Source of the DNA: Candidatus Spechtbacterales bacterium
GTDB taxonomy: Bacteria; Patescibacteriota; Minisyncoccia; Spechtbacterales; 2-12-FULL-38-22
Assembly (NCBI GenBank): GCA_040902285.1
Contig: JBBDXP010000012.1
Span: forward strand, 8,501-72,500
DNA: 64,000 bases
Direction of reading: 5' to 3'
Within the stretch, counting starts at the first letter, position 1. The number at the start of each line of letters is the position of its first letter. Shown here piece after piece: positions 1 to 9,356 of this stretch. The position numbers were made by a program, and so were the translations under genes. A model generated the notes under the pieces. It saw only the letters and a list, made by a program, of their open reading frames with translations. It made no database searches and was not told the DNA's origin.

Positions 1-1
1 G

Positions 2-196
2 AGTAGCAAATCTCTTGATATCTTTTTTAAAATTCCCGAAACAACAGCTTCTAAAATAAAAGTGAGCGGTGCAAATCCTCCCGAATATCAAAAAAGATGG
101 AAACAGGTTATTGTAAAAATTGACTCTGCAAACGATGTAAAAAAATTAACTCCATATTTTGAAGCGGCATACAATTATATTATTGGAAAAGACTAA
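2..196 (+). CDS. C-terminal fragment of an unidentified protein; CDS runs off the 5' edge of the window
   Basis: Open frame from position 2 to TAA at 194-196 (…KVSGANPPEYQKRWKQVIVKIDSANDVKKLTPYFEAAYNYIIGKD*). No start codon in window. Followed by terminator hairpins. Confidence 0.3.
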   Translation, partial: SSKSLDIFFKIPETTASKIKVSGANPPEYQKRWKQVIVKIDSANDVKKLTPYFEAAYNYIIGKD

Positions 197-227
197 ACAC
201 GGCTTTCTTTTGGGTTCAATCAAACAA

Positions 228-314
228 CAAAACCGCCCTTGGGGCGGTTTTGTAACTACCAAGGACAGTCCTCGCCAGCTCGGACTAACACAAAACCGCT
301 CTTGGAGCGGTTTT
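228..314. terminator. Two near-identical bidirectional terminator-like hairpins (aaaaccgcNcttggNgcggtttt) at 228-250 and 292-314
   Basis: Perfect GC-rich stems flanked by an A-run and a T-run, seen directly in sequence. Confidence 0.5.
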
Positions 315-422
315 GTGTTAAACTAACCACATGGGATATTACTTATTGATATTTTTGGGGGTGGTTTTGCTAGTTGTTTTGATGTCGCCGGGAGGGCGGC
401 GTAAAATTGCTAAAATAAATGC

Positions 423-1016
423 ATGGAATTGAAATGGGAAATAACCCGCGGGGAGAATTTTAAATCTTTGGTGAAATCCGTTTTTCATCCATGGACCTTT
501 TTGGCTGTGGTGGTCTTTGGTATTCTTGGGGTTTTAGGGTGGTCCTTGACCGAGCCGGATGTGTCCGCAGAAGACGGATTCAGGGTTGTTATTAGCTATA
601 TTATGTTTGTCTGGATAGTGCTTGTTGTCGTGTTTTTGTTTAAGTCCGTTTTCTATAACGCAAAAAAGTATGTTTTAACCGATAACTATATACAGGTGCA
701 AAAAGGATTGTGGACCAAGAGATATTCTTGGGATGAGTTTAAAGATTTTTTGATATACGAATCATATGCTACCAAAGGTGTGCCTGGAATGGAGCAACTC
801 GCGGAAAAGGTAAGGCAAAAAGAGCGAAGTGTTTTTGGGCCCAATATTTATTTAAGAAAGAAAAAGAAATTTCCTTTTTTGAGGAAAACATATCTAATCT
901 TATATACCGAGACAGACAGCTACCAACAAGTTGTAGAATTTATAGAACAAAAACTTCCGCAAAAGAAACAACAGCCCTACGATTTTGAAGGATTAGTGAA
1001 TATTCTTTTTAAATAA
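423..1016 (+). CDS. Hypothetical membrane protein with two N-terminal TM helices, possibly a bacterial PH-like domain
   Basis: 197-aa ORF with hydrophobic segments LAVVVFGILGVLGW and IMFVWIVLVVVFLF. Followed by two hairpin terminators (1048-1100). Confidence 0.45.
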   Translation: MELKWEITRGENFKSLVKSVFHPWTFLAVVVFGILGVLGWSLTEPDVSAEDGFRVVISYIMFVWIVLVVVFLFKSVFYNAKKYVLTDNYIQVQKGLWTKRYSWDEFKDFLIYESYATKGVPGMEQLAEKVRQKERSVFGPNIYLRKKKKFPFLRKTYLILYTETDSYQQVVEFIEQKLPQKKQQPYDFEGLVNILFK

Positions 1017-1047
1017 ATACAAAAAACTCGACACATGCCTGCATAAA

Positions 1048-1100
1048 CAAAATCGGCTCATAGAGCCGATTTTTATTTTGGAGCGGACACCCGCTCTTTT
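1048..1100 (+). terminator. Tandem rho-independent terminators (aaaatcggctcatagagccgatttt; ggagcggacacccgctcttttt)
   Basis: Stem-loops followed by T-runs immediately after the 423..1016 CDS. Confidence 0.55.
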
Positions 1101-1209
1101 TGGTTTAAGATTTAAAACTTGTCTCTTGTTTCTTGTTGCCTGTCTCTAAATAGGTACTTGACATTCGGACCCTTTTTGTTAATGTAGTACTGAATTAAGA
1201 AACATAGGT

Positions 1210-2400
1210 ATGTTGAAGGACATACCAAAACACACAAATAATATGGCCCAAGTAAAACCCGATATAGAAACATTCGCAAAAATAAAAGTTGTGGGGGTCG
1301 GAGGTTCAGGATGCAACGCTATAAGCAGAATGATCGACTCCAAGATAGACGGAGTGGAATTCATTGCTATTAATACGGACGCGCAGGCACTGCACCACTC
1401 AAATGCTCCTGTTAAAATTAATGTTGGAAAAAATCTTACTCGAGGTTTGGGAGCCGGAATGAATCCTGAAATCGGACGCCAGGCAGCCGAAGAAAACAAA
1501 GATGAGATACAAGAGGCGGTAAAAGGCGCCGATATGGTATTTGTTACCTGCGGAATGGGAGGAGGAACCGGAACGGGTGCCGCACCCATTATTGCCGAGG
1601 CCGCGCGCGATTCGGGCGCTCTTACTGTGGCTGTGGTTACAAGGCCTTTCAGTTTTGAAGGCGCGCAAAGAAGCCAGATTGCCGAGGAAGGACTGAATAA
1701 TCTTAAAGACCATGTTGATACCCTTATTGTTATAAACAACGACCGGCTTTTAAATGTTATTGACCGCAAAACATCTTTAGTAAGCGCTTTTTACGCCGTG
1801 GACGATATTTTAAGACAGGGGGTACAGGGTATTTCTGACTTGGTTGTACAGCCCGGAATTGTAAATGTGGACTTCGCTGACATTCGCGCGATTATGCAGG
1901 ATGCCGGAAGCGCGCTTATGGGAATAGGCCATGCTACCGGAGAAGAAAGAGCCATGGAAGCGGCAAGACAAGCTATAAACTCTCAGTTGCTGGATGTGTC
2001 CATTGACGGAGCAAGAGGAGTTCTATTTTCTGTTTCGGGAGGAGACGATTTAGCCATGAGCGAAATAAACGACGCGGCAAAAATAATTACCGATTCCATA
2101 AGCCCCGACGCGAAGGTTATTTTCGGAGCCGTTATAGATGACAAAATAAAAAAGGGCGCGGTTAAAGTAACGGTTATTGCAACAGGATTTGCCGAGATGC
2201 CCGCCAGCGCGACCGAAACACTAAATTTTAATTCTTCATCGGAAGAAAACGACAAAAAAGAAGATATAAAAAAAATTAGAACAACCGTATCTGAAAATCG
2301 AGATACAAACGGAAACGGAAATGGAAACGGACCAAAGAACGATGATGACGAAGAAGAAGATTGGGACGTCCCCGCCTTCATACGCAGGAAAATGAAATAA
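1210..2400 (+). CDS. ftsZ: Cell division GTPase FtsZ
   Basis: Motifs [14 protein letters not shown], tubulin signature [10 protein letters not shown] and NxDxxxL. C-terminal NGNGNGNG linker and conserved C-terminal peptide [11 protein letters not shown]. Alternative start at ATG 1243 (MAQVKPD…). Confidence 0.95.
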   Translation: MLKDIPKHTNNMAQVKPDIETFAKIKVVGVGGSGCNAISRMIDSKIDGVEFIAINTDAQALHHSNAPVKINVGKNLTRGLGAGMNPEIGRQAAEENKDEIQEAVKGADMVFVTCGMGGGTGTGAAPIIAEAARDSGALTVAVVTRPFSFEGAQRSQIAEEGLNNLKDHVDTLIVINNDRLLNVIDRKTSLVSAFYAVDDILRQGVQGISDLVVQPGIVNVDFADIRAIMQDAGSALMGIGHATGEERAMEAARQAINSQLLDVSIDGARGVLFSVSGGDDLAMSEINDAAKIITDSISPDAKVIFGAVIDDKIKKGAVKVTVIATGFAEMPASATETLNFNSSSEENDKKEDIKKIRTTVSENRDTNGNGNGNGPKNDDDEEEDWDVPAFIRRKMK

Positions 2401-2417
2401 ACCAAATTGATTTTTAA

Positions 2418-2445
2418 AAAGCCCTGTGCAATTGCACAGGGCTTT
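2418..2445 (+). terminator. Rho-independent terminator after ftsZ (aaagccctgtgcaattgcacagggcttttt)
   Basis: Perfect 11-bp stem plus T-run. Confidence 0.7.
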
Positions 2446-2455
2446 TTAGTTGCCG

Positions 2456-2484
2456 TCAAGGCGGTGGTATAATGAAATTAATGG
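2456..2484 (+). promoter_or_regulatory. Candidate extended -10 promoter (TGgTATAAT) upstream of nrdJ
   Basis: ggcggTGgTATAATg about 75 nt upstream of the nrdJ ATG. The -35 is weak. Confidence 0.35.
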
Positions 2485-2556
2485 TTATCCACAGAGGTTC
2501 TCTTGGACATGTGATAAAATAGAATACCCAAAGTATATAATTTTACAAAAAATACA

Positions 2557-4863
2557 ATGATACTCAAAACTCCATTCAAAAAAGTTCGCAAAAGAGACGG
2601 AAGAATAGTTGATTGGGACCAATCGCGCATTACAAACGCGATAGGCAAGGCCATGAAAAAAACGGGAGAAGGAGACGCCGAAAAGGATCCTCAAAAAATA
2701 TCTGACAAGGTTGTAAATCTGTTATCAAAAAAATATTCGTCCAAAGATATTTTGGGAATAGAACAGATACAGGATGTTGTGGAAGATGCTCTTATCTTTG
2801 GCGAGTATCCCGAGACAGTAAAGGAGTACATAGTATATAGAAGAGAGCGGGCAAAGGTGCGCCAGGCCCGAAAAGATGTTCCCGAACATATAAAGAAGGC
2901 CGCCGCTGAAAGCCAAAAATATTTTAAAAATAAACTTGGGGAGTTTGTATATTACAGAAGCTATTCCCGCTGGATAGACGGCGAAGGCCGTCGTGAAACC
3001 TGGACAGAAAGCGTGCAAAGGTACATGGATTTTATGCGTGAGAATATTGGCAACAGTTTAAACGACCAAGAATACGCCGAATTGCAGGAAACAATTTTAA
3101 AACAGGAAGTAATGCCCTCCATGCGCTTAATGTGGAGCGCGGGCGAAGCCGCCAGAAAAACAAATGTATGCGGGTATAATTGTTCGTTTATAGCGCCAAG
3201 CCGGCTGGAGGATTTTGCCGAAATTATGTACCTATCCATGTGCGGAACAGGAGTGGGCTTTTCGGTTGAAAGCCATAATGTGCAACAGCTCCCGATAATT
3301 AAACCGCAAACGGGAGAAAAACTAAAAACATATGTTATAGAAGACAGCAAAGAGGGCTGGGGAGACGCCCTGACCGCGGGTCTGAAGGCCTGGTATGAAG
3401 GAAAAGATGTGGAGTTTGATTATTCCCGGCTCCGCCCGGCGGGTGCCCGGCTGATGACAATGGGCGGAAAAAGTTCCGGTCCCGAACCTCTGCGTTCACT
3501 TTTGGACTTTACCCGCAAAAGCATTTTAGAAAGACAGGGGAAAAGGCTCCGCAACATAGATGTTCACGATGTAATCTGCAAAATAGGAGAAGTGGTTGTG
3601 GCCGGCGGAGTGCGCCGCAGTGCTCTTATATCTTTATCCGATTTGGACGACGAAGAAATGCGCCACGCTAAAGACGGCAAGTTTTATCTTTTTGAACCCC
3701 AACGGCAAATGGCTAATAACTCTGCCGCATATACCCGCAAGCCCACCGCCCAGGAATTTATGGAAGAGTGGCTGTCCTTGGCAAAAGCCGGAACAGGCGA
3801 GCGCGGGATATTTAACAGGGCCGGCCTAAAGCACCAATTGCCCGAGCGTAGGTGGAATGTTTTTGCCCCACATTGGGCAAACAGCGGCACAAATCCTTGC
3901 GGAGAAATTGTTTTGAGAAGCAAGCAATTTTGTAATTTATCCGAAGTTGTATGCCGTGCCCAAGATACAGAACAATCTCTTTTGCGCAAAGTGCGCTTAG
4001 CAACGATACTGGGCACTTATCAATCCTCGCTTACCGATTTTCCGTATCTTTCAAAGGAGTGGAAAAATAATTGCGAAGAAGAAAGATTGCTGGGGGTTTC
4101 GTTGACCGGGCAGTGGGATTCGCCCGCGTCCCGTGATGTGGATATTCTTAGAAAATTAAAAGAAGAGGCGATAAAAGTTAATGAATATTACGCCAAAAAG
4201 ATGAAAATAAATCCTTCAACGGCAATAACCTGCGTTAAGCCGTCGGGAACCGTTTCTCAACTGGTGGATTCGGCCAGCGGAATGCACCCAAGACACGCGA
4301 AGTACTATATTCGCCGGGTAAGAATTTCGGCCACCGATGCTTTATTCCACATGTTGCGTGACCAAAAATTTCCTTATAAGCCCGAAATCGGACAGGACGA
4401 ACAAAACGCGACCACTTTTGTTTTGGAATTTCCCGTTAAAGCCCCCGATAACGCCGTCACAAAAAATGATTTAACCGCGCTTGACCAGTTAAAACACTGG
4501 AAAGATATTAAGCAGAACTTTACGGAACATAACCCTTCTGTGACAGTTTCGGTGGGGGACGACGAATGGATAAAAACGGCAAACTGGCTGTACGAGAATT
4601 GGGATATATTGGGCGGCCTTTCGTTCCTTCCCCGGGACGATCACCACTATGCTCTTGCGCCGTACGAAGAAATTACGGAGCAAAAATATAACGAACTTGT
4701 TTCTTTAATTCCGGAAATAGATTTTTCCCAAATAGTAGGATATGAAAAAGACGATAACACCCAAGGCGCAAAAGAATTGGCATGTGTCGGCGGAACCTGC
4801 GAGATAGAAGAGATTGCCGAATCCGCCGGCGATAAACACGAGCACGAACATGAAGAATCTTAA
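2557..4863 (+). CDS. nrdJ: Class II (adenosylcobalamin-dependent) ribonucleotide reductase with N-terminal ATP-cone
   Basis: ATP-cone VRKRDGRIVDWDQSRITNAI. Class II core NCSFIAPSRLEDFAEIMYLSMCGTGVGFS. C-terminal redox cysteines CVGGTCEIEE. 768 aa. Confidence 0.85.
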   Translation: MILKTPFKKVRKRDGRIVDWDQSRITNAIGKAMKKTGEGDAEKDPQKISDKVVNLLSKKYSSKDILGIEQIQDVVEDALIFGEYPETVKEYIVYRRERAKVRQARKDVPEHIKKAAAESQKYFKNKLGEFVYYRSYSRWIDGEGRRETWTESVQRYMDFMRENIGNSLNDQEYAELQETILKQEVMPSMRLMWSAGEAARKTNVCGYNCSFIAPSRLEDFAEIMYLSMCGTGVGFSVESHNVQQLPIIKPQTGEKLKTYVIEDSKEGWGDALTAGLKAWYEGKDVEFDYSRLRPAGARLMTMGGKSSGPEPLRSLLDFTRKSILERQGKRLRNIDVHDVICKIGEVVVAGGVRRSALISLSDLDDEEMRHAKDGKFYLFEPQRQMANNSAAYTRKPTAQEFMEEWLSLAKAGTGERGIFNRAGLKHQLPERRWNVFAPHWANSGTNPCGEIVLRSKQFCNLSEVVCRAQDTEQSLLRKVRLATILGTYQSSLTDFPYLSKEWKNNCEEERLLGVSLTGQWDSPASRDVDILRKLKEEAIKVNEYYAKKMKINPSTAITCVKPSGTVSQLVDSASGMHPRHAKYYIRRVRISATDALFHMLRDQKFPYKPEIGQDEQNATTFVLEFPVKAPDNAVTKNDLTALDQLKHWKDIKQNFTEHNPSVTVSVGDDEWIKTANWLYENWDILGGLSFLPRDDHHYALAPYEEITEQKYNELVSLIPEIDFSQIVGYEKDDNTQGAKELACVGGTCEIEEIAESAGDKHEHEHEES

Positions 4864-4883
4864 AATAATTTTTGATGGAAAAT

Positions 4884-4916
4884 AAAAGCCCCCGTTGCCT
4901 CGGGGGCTTTTATTTT
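4884..4916 (+). terminator. Rho-independent terminator after nrdJ (aaaagcccccgttgcctcgggggcttttatttt)
   Basis: GC stem plus T-run. Confidence 0.75.
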
Positions 4917-4931
4917 GTTAGTATTATTGGG

Positions 4932-5054
4932 ATGAGTCCCGTTAGTAATTACCCTAACGGGTCTGCCAAACTAAGTACAGTAAATATAGGTAGTTGATTT
5001 ATCTAAATACATATAAATTAAAACTGCGTAAGCAGTAATTACTAACGGGATGAG
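4932..5054 (+). mobile_element. Family-A MITE-like element, copy A1 (about 112-bp core, TIR CCCGTTAGTAATTAC, flanking ATGAG direct repeats); abuts comEC start
   Basis: 5' …ATGAGT|CCCGTTAGTAATTACCCTAACGGG… and 3' …AGTAATTACTAACGGG|ATGAGA. About 97% identical to copy A4 at 52712. Confidence 0.6.
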
Positions 5055-6306
5055 AAAGGAAAATATTTTGGCAATAATGTGCCTTGCTGTTGTGGCGGGG
5101 GCTTTTATTTTTTATAAAGTTCCCCAAAATTCCGCGCCCAAGGAATTTGAAACGGCTTTTGAAGGAAAGATAGTTGAATATCCCGACAAGCGCCCCGATA
5201 AAACAATTTTAATAGTTGAACCTTTGCCGGAACGCGGAAGTGAGACCGTTCGCGTAAGAATAAGCGTTAAAGATGTTAAGGCCGGGTATGCTTACGGAGA
5301 ATATATAAAAGTGACAGGAACCGCAAGAGAGCCAAAAAGTTTCGAAGATTTTAATTGGGCGGGTTATTTGGCAAAAGAAGGAATAGCTTACGAAATGTAT
5401 GACCCTGAAATAGAAAAAACACGCGATTCCCAAAAAGATCTCTTTTATTTCGCCTTTGTTTTACGCGATAAATTGCAAAAAGGAATTGACACATCTCTGC
5501 TTCCTCCGCAAAATTCGCTGTATTCGGCCATGCTGTTGGGTGATAAGAGCCGGTTATCCGCATCCGACAAGGACGGCTTGGCTGGTGCCGGGCTTAGCCA
5601 CATCGCAGCCATAAGCGGACTGCATATAGCGGTTATATCTTCCATGCTGTTCTTTTTGTTTCTTGCTTTGGGAATGTGGCGCCAGCACGCAAGCATTTTA
5701 GTGCTTGTCGTTATGGCGTTTTACATAATAATGATAGGCGCCCCCGCTTCGGCTGTGCGCGCCGGAATAATGGTGGGTATTTTATTCGTGGCTCAATTTA
5801 TTGGAAGGCCGAATTCTTCGTGGCGCGCGCTTTTGGCGGCAGCAGCCGTGATGGTTTTGCTTAATCCGTATATAGCCAGATACGATGTAGGTTTCCAGTT
5901 GTCTTTTTTGGCTGTTGCCGGAATACTTTTATTTTCCGAGCGGATTGAAATATTTTTTAAAAAACTGCAAAAATATTCGGTTGAAATAACAACCGGGCGT
6001 AAAATAACAAAGGACAGAGCCGTCGCGGGCTATATTGCGGAAGGCAAATTCGGTTTTATTTCGGTTATAGCAATGACTTTATCCGCACAGGCCCTTACTT
6101 TTCCCATAATTTTTTATAATTTTGGAAACTTTTCGCTTGTATCTCCGATAACAAATTTGCTTGTGGTTCCGCTTTTGCCATTTGTTTTAATCGCTGGTTT
6201 TGTTTCGGTAATCGGCGGTATGGCGGGGGGAGTTGTGGCAGCCGTTTTAGCGGCACCCGCCTGGGTGTTTTCAAGTTATATTTGGCTTGTGGTTGATTTG
6301 TTTTAA
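5050..6306 (+). CDS. comEC: ComEC/Rec2 DNA internalization channel (DUF4131 plus competence domain); membrane part of a split ComEC
   Basis: Competence-domain motif MLLGDKSRLSASDKDGLAGAGLSHIAAISGLHIAVIS and multiple TM helices. Next ORF encodes the ComEC MBL domain. Confidence 0.75.
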   Translation: MRKENILAIMCLAVVAGAFIFYKVPQNSAPKEFETAFEGKIVEYPDKRPDKTILIVEPLPERGSETVRVRISVKDVKAGYAYGEYIKVTGTAREPKSFEDFNWAGYLAKEGIAYEMYDPEIEKTRDSQKDLFYFAFVLRDKLQKGIDTSLLPPQNSLYSAMLLGDKSRLSASDKDGLAGAGLSHIAAISGLHIAVISSMLFFLFLALGMWRQHASILVLVVMAFYIIMIGAPASAVRAGIMVGILFVAQFIGRPNSSWRALLAAAAVMVLLNPYIARYDVGFQLSFLAVAGILLFSERIEIFFKKLQKYSVEITTGRKITKDRAVAGYIAEGKFGFISVIAMTLSAQALTFPIIFYNFGNFSLVSPITNLLVVPLLPFVLIAGFVSVIGGMAGGVVAAVLAAPAWVFSSYIWLVVDLF

Positions 6307-6309
6307 CTT

Positions 6310-7158
6310 ATGAAAGAAATATTTTCTAAAAAAGAAAAATATATATTATTAACCTTAGGTTTTTTTGCTGTTTTGGTATGTTCGCTTGCCTTTGTATCAG
6401 CGCCGTCGGGCGCGCTCGAAATTCACTTTTTAAACATAGGGCAGGGGGACGCTATTTTTATAAATACTCCAAGCAAAAGACAGGTTTTAATAGACGGAGG
6501 CCGCCCCGATTCTCCTATTTTGGAAAAAATTTCGCAAAATATGCCTTTTTACGACAGAGATATAGATCTTGTTGTGGCAACGCATATGGACGCCGATCAT
6601 ATGGGCGGGCTCATTTCCGTTCTTGAGAATTTTAAAATCGGAGGAATTTTGGTAAGCACCACAAAATCAAATACGGATTTATCCGCAAGGTTTTGGGAAC
6701 TAATCGAGGAAAAGGATGTTCCGATTTATGTTGTAAGAGCCGGAGACATATTTGTTTTAGATAAAGATGTGGAGATGTTGATTGTTTCTCCAACAGAACA
6801 ATTTATAGATACTTCTGGCGACAATGATCTTTCTGTCGTAGTTAAACTTACATATAAAGACGATTCATTTTTATTAACAGGCGATATAGAAAAACACGCT
6901 GAGTATGCTCTTGCCACAGGTAACGTAAATTTAAAAAGCGATGTTTTGAAAGTTGCTCACCACGGGAGCAACACATCAACGGTGCAATACTTTTTAAATA
7001 AAGTAGATCCAGATTTGGCCGTAATACAAGTTGGTGAAAACAGATACGGCCATCCGCACCCCGCGGTTCTGGAAAGAATCTCGGCCGCCGGCGCGAAAAT
7101 TTTGCGCAACGATTTGAACGGCGATATTTCTTTGTATAGCTACGGGGATAGTTTTTGA
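6310..7158 (+). CDS. Metallo-beta-lactamase fold protein corresponding to the ComEC C-terminal domain (separate ORF)
   Basis: MBL motifs HFLNIGQGDAIFI, VATHMDADHMGG and KVAHHGS. N-terminal TM anchor. Starts 4 nt after the comEC stop. Confidence 0.7.
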   Translation: MKEIFSKKEKYILLTLGFFAVLVCSLAFVSAPSGALEIHFLNIGQGDAIFINTPSKRQVLIDGGRPDSPILEKISQNMPFYDRDIDLVVATHMDADHMGGLISVLENFKIGGILVSTTKSNTDLSARFWELIEEKDVPIYVVRAGDIFVLDKDVEMLIVSPTEQFIDTSGDNDLSVVVKLTYKDDSFLLTGDIEKHAEYALATGNVNLKSDVLKVAHHGSNTSTVQYFLNKVDPDLAVIQVGENRYGHPHPAVLERISAAGAKILRNDLNGDISLYSYGDSF

Positions 7159-7197
7159 ATATTGCGCTTCGCAATTCGAAGTGATATTTTATCTATA

Positions 7198-7809
7198 ATG
7201 GAACAAAAACATTTTAAAGAAGAACAAACATTTGTAATAATAAAGCCGGACGGAGTTCAGCGGTCTTTGATCGGGGAAGTTATAGCCCGATATGAAAGAG
7301 TCGGATTAAAACTGGTCGGCTTAAAGATTTTGCTTGCGCCGAAGGATATTGTAGAGAAGCATTATACGGTTAATCCCGAATGGAAAAAGAATGTGGGAGA
7401 AAAAAGCATAGAAAGCTACAAAAAGAAAGGAATGGAACCGCCTATGCAGGATCCAATTGAGGCCGGTGAAAAGGTTTTGGAAAAATTGGTAAATTTTATG
7501 AGTTCGGCACCGGTGGTCGCCATGGTTTGGCAGGGCGCGCATGCCGTGGAAATTGTGCGTAAGTTGGTGGGTTCAACCGAGCCCTTAAGTAGCGATGTCG
7601 GTACAATTCGCGGAGATTTTGTTTTGGATTCTTATCAGATGGCCGATGCCGATGGACGGGCGGTGCGCAATGTGGTGCATGCTTCCGGAACAAAAGAGGA
7701 GGCGGAAAAAGAAATCGACCTTTGGTTTGGGGAAGATGAGTTGGTAAGATACAATCTCGTACAGGATAAGATACTTTACGACGTAAACCTGGACGGGTTA
7801 ATTGAGTAG
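7198..7809 (+). CDS. ndk: Nucleoside diphosphate kinase with an internal insertion and a C-terminal extension
   Basis: FVIIKPDGVQRSLIGEVIARYERVGLKLVGLK, SAPVVAMVWQG, GTIRGDF and NVVHASGTKEEAEKEIDLWF. The ORF call extends to 7162. The ATG at 7198 (MEQKHF…) is the likelier start. Confidence 0.8.
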   Translation: MEQKHFKEEQTFVIIKPDGVQRSLIGEVIARYERVGLKLVGLKILLAPKDIVEKHYTVNPEWKKNVGEKSIESYKKKGMEPPMQDPIEAGEKVLEKLVNFMSSAPVVAMVWQGAHAVEIVRKLVGSTEPLSSDVGTIRGDFVLDSYQMADADGRAVRNVVHASGTKEEAEKEIDLWFGEDELVRYNLVQDKILYDVNLDGLIE

Positions 7810-7864
7810 CATTTTCGCAGTTTTACACATGACCATTTTCGGCGGGCGCCACGCTTATATTCAC

Positions 7865-7982
7865 TTCAGAACACAGCGTCAAAATCCCCAGCGCGGATTT
7901 TGCGCTCTTTCTCGCCCTCGCTCTCTCGCTTCGCTCGAACCGTGCCCGCTCGGGCTCCGAAGGGTTCCGAAGTTGAATATAA
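7865..7982. repeat. Family-B element copy B1: GC-rich core flanked by an 18-bp inverted repeat (ttatattcacttcagaac / gttccgaagttgaatataa)
   Basis: Core cgcttcgctcgaaccgtgcccgctcgggctccgaagg is homologous to the cores at 14718-14817 and 56172-56293. Confidence 0.5.
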
Positions 7983-8025
7983 CCGTATCGCCTTCGCCAC
8001 TACCTACTACTTACTTTTTTAAACC

Positions 8026-8844
8026 ATGCCTGAAATAATAGAAGCGGAAATAACAAGACAAAAATTAGCGCCGGCCCTGAAAGGCAGGCGCATTTTAAAG
8101 TTTACAACGGACTGCCCCCGCGGCTTTGTCTCGGAAAAGAAAATATGGCAAAGAGGGATTCCGTCTCTTAAAAATTTAGAAATAACCGGCATGTCCAGAA
8201 AAGGAAAGGTTGTCGTGCTAAACATCAAGGGCGGAAAAGTGATAGGAATACACCAGAGGATGAGCGGGCACATTGCTTTTAATAACAGCCATGTTGCAAG
8301 CAAGCACAGCCATTTTATTTTTGAAATGGATAACAAAAAAAGCTTCTCTCTTGTTGATCCCAGAAAATTCGGCATTGTTTGGTACGGGTCGGAAAAATGG
8401 TTTGGACAACAGCCATATATAAAAAAATTGGGCAAGGATGCCATGAAAATAAACGAAAAGGATTTTGTTAAAGTGTTTGAAGGCGCGGGCCGTGCTTCTG
8501 TAAAATCTTTTTTGTTGAGGCAGGATAAAATAGCGGGGCTCGGAAACATAGCATGCGACGAAACGCTCTGGCACGCGCGCTTAAATCCCGCCGCAAAAGT
8601 TTGTGACCTTACAGATACCCAGCTAAGAGGGGCGCACAAAAGCATGAAAAAGATTTTAGTCGATCTTTTGCGTTATGGCGGAACAAGCATGAGCGACTGG
8701 CTGCACCCCGATGGTTCAAAGGGAAATTATCAAAATAAATTTAAGATATATAAACGGCAAAAATGCAGGCGCTGTTCCTCGCAAGTTAAATATATAAAAG
8801 TAGCCGGGCGGGGAACATACTTTTGTCCTAAATGCCAGAAGTGA
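8026..8844 (+). CDS. Fpg/Nei family DNA glycosylase/AP lyase (formamidopyrimidine-DNA glycosylase-like)
   Basis: N-terminal MPEIIEAE (catalytic Pro2/Glu3). H2TH region. C-terminal zinc finger CRRCSSQVKYIKVAGRGTYFCPKCQ. Confidence 0.75.
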   Translation: MPEIIEAEITRQKLAPALKGRRILKFTTDCPRGFVSEKKIWQRGIPSLKNLEITGMSRKGKVVVLNIKGGKVIGIHQRMSGHIAFNNSHVASKHSHFIFEMDNKKSFSLVDPRKFGIVWYGSEKWFGQQPYIKKLGKDAMKINEKDFVKVFEGAGRASVKSFLLRQDKIAGLGNIACDETLWHARLNPAAKVCDLTDTQLRGAHKSMKKILVDLLRYGGTSMSDWLHPDGSKGNYQNKFKIYKRQKCRRCSSQVKYIKVAGRGTYFCPKCQK

Positions 8845-8850
8845 TATAAT

Positions 8851-9174
8851 GTGTATATGGATTTGTTTAAAAAAGGGGAAAAATATTCGTTTTTTAATCC
8901 AAAGAATGCGCTGTTCGGATTAATATGGGCGGATATTACTCTTTTAATTTTTTTCAGCCTGGCTGAACTGGATTACTATCTACACCGCTTTGTTTATATA
9001 CAAACGGATATTACCCGACCCATACCTCCTTATGTGTTTTGGATTTCTTTTGTGACCTTCATATTACCCCTAATTATTACTGGTAAGAATTGGGGCAAAA
9101 AAAATGCTTTATCTTTATTGGTTTATGAGATCTTGTTTATATTTTTAATTGTTTCGTTTTTAGTCATAGTTTAA
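8851..9174 (+). CDS. Hypothetical small membrane protein
   Basis: 107 aa with 2-3 hydrophobic helices. No recognisable motif. Confidence 0.35.
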   Translation: MYMDLFKKGEKYSFFNPKNALFGLIWADITLLIFFSLAELDYYLHRFVYIQTDITRPIPPYVFWISFVTFILPLIITGKNWGKKNALSLLVYEILFIFLIVSFLVIV

Positions 9175-9180
9175 ATTTTT

Positions 9181-9296
9181 ATGCGTTTAATCCATAAAAA
9201 GATATTAATAGTTATTCTATTTTCGACAGGGCTAGTTTCTCTTTCAGTTTTTGCAGGAAATTCCCTACAATTTCTTGGGAACCGGAAAATATAAAA
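9181..9296 (+). pseudogene. Signal-peptide-encoding 5' segment, out of frame with the downstream 714-aa ORF; likely the frameshifted N-terminus of the same gene
   Basis: ATG 9181 encodes MRLIHKKILIVILFSTGLVSLSVFAGNS… (classic n/h/c signal peptide) then stops at 9296. The 714-aa reading frame is open from 9198 but offset by one nt. Confidence 0.45.
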
Positions 9297-9356
9297 GTTC
9301 ATGTTTTCCCAGGTGGATTAAAAAGTATTGAGGCGACATTCATAAGTTCTAAGGAT

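Noticed and set aside
1179-2459. Minus-strand ORFs (196, 104 and 158 aa) overlapping ftsZ
   Set aside because: They are shadow ORFs inside a confidently identified, highly conserved gene. They have low-complexity Ser/Ala/Pro-rich translations and no motifs.
2450-2556. Possible cobalamin riboswitch upstream of the B12-dependent nrdJ
   Set aside because: Only about 100 nt of leader is available. I found no B12-box-like sequence. The cobalamin riboswitch needs about 200 nt.
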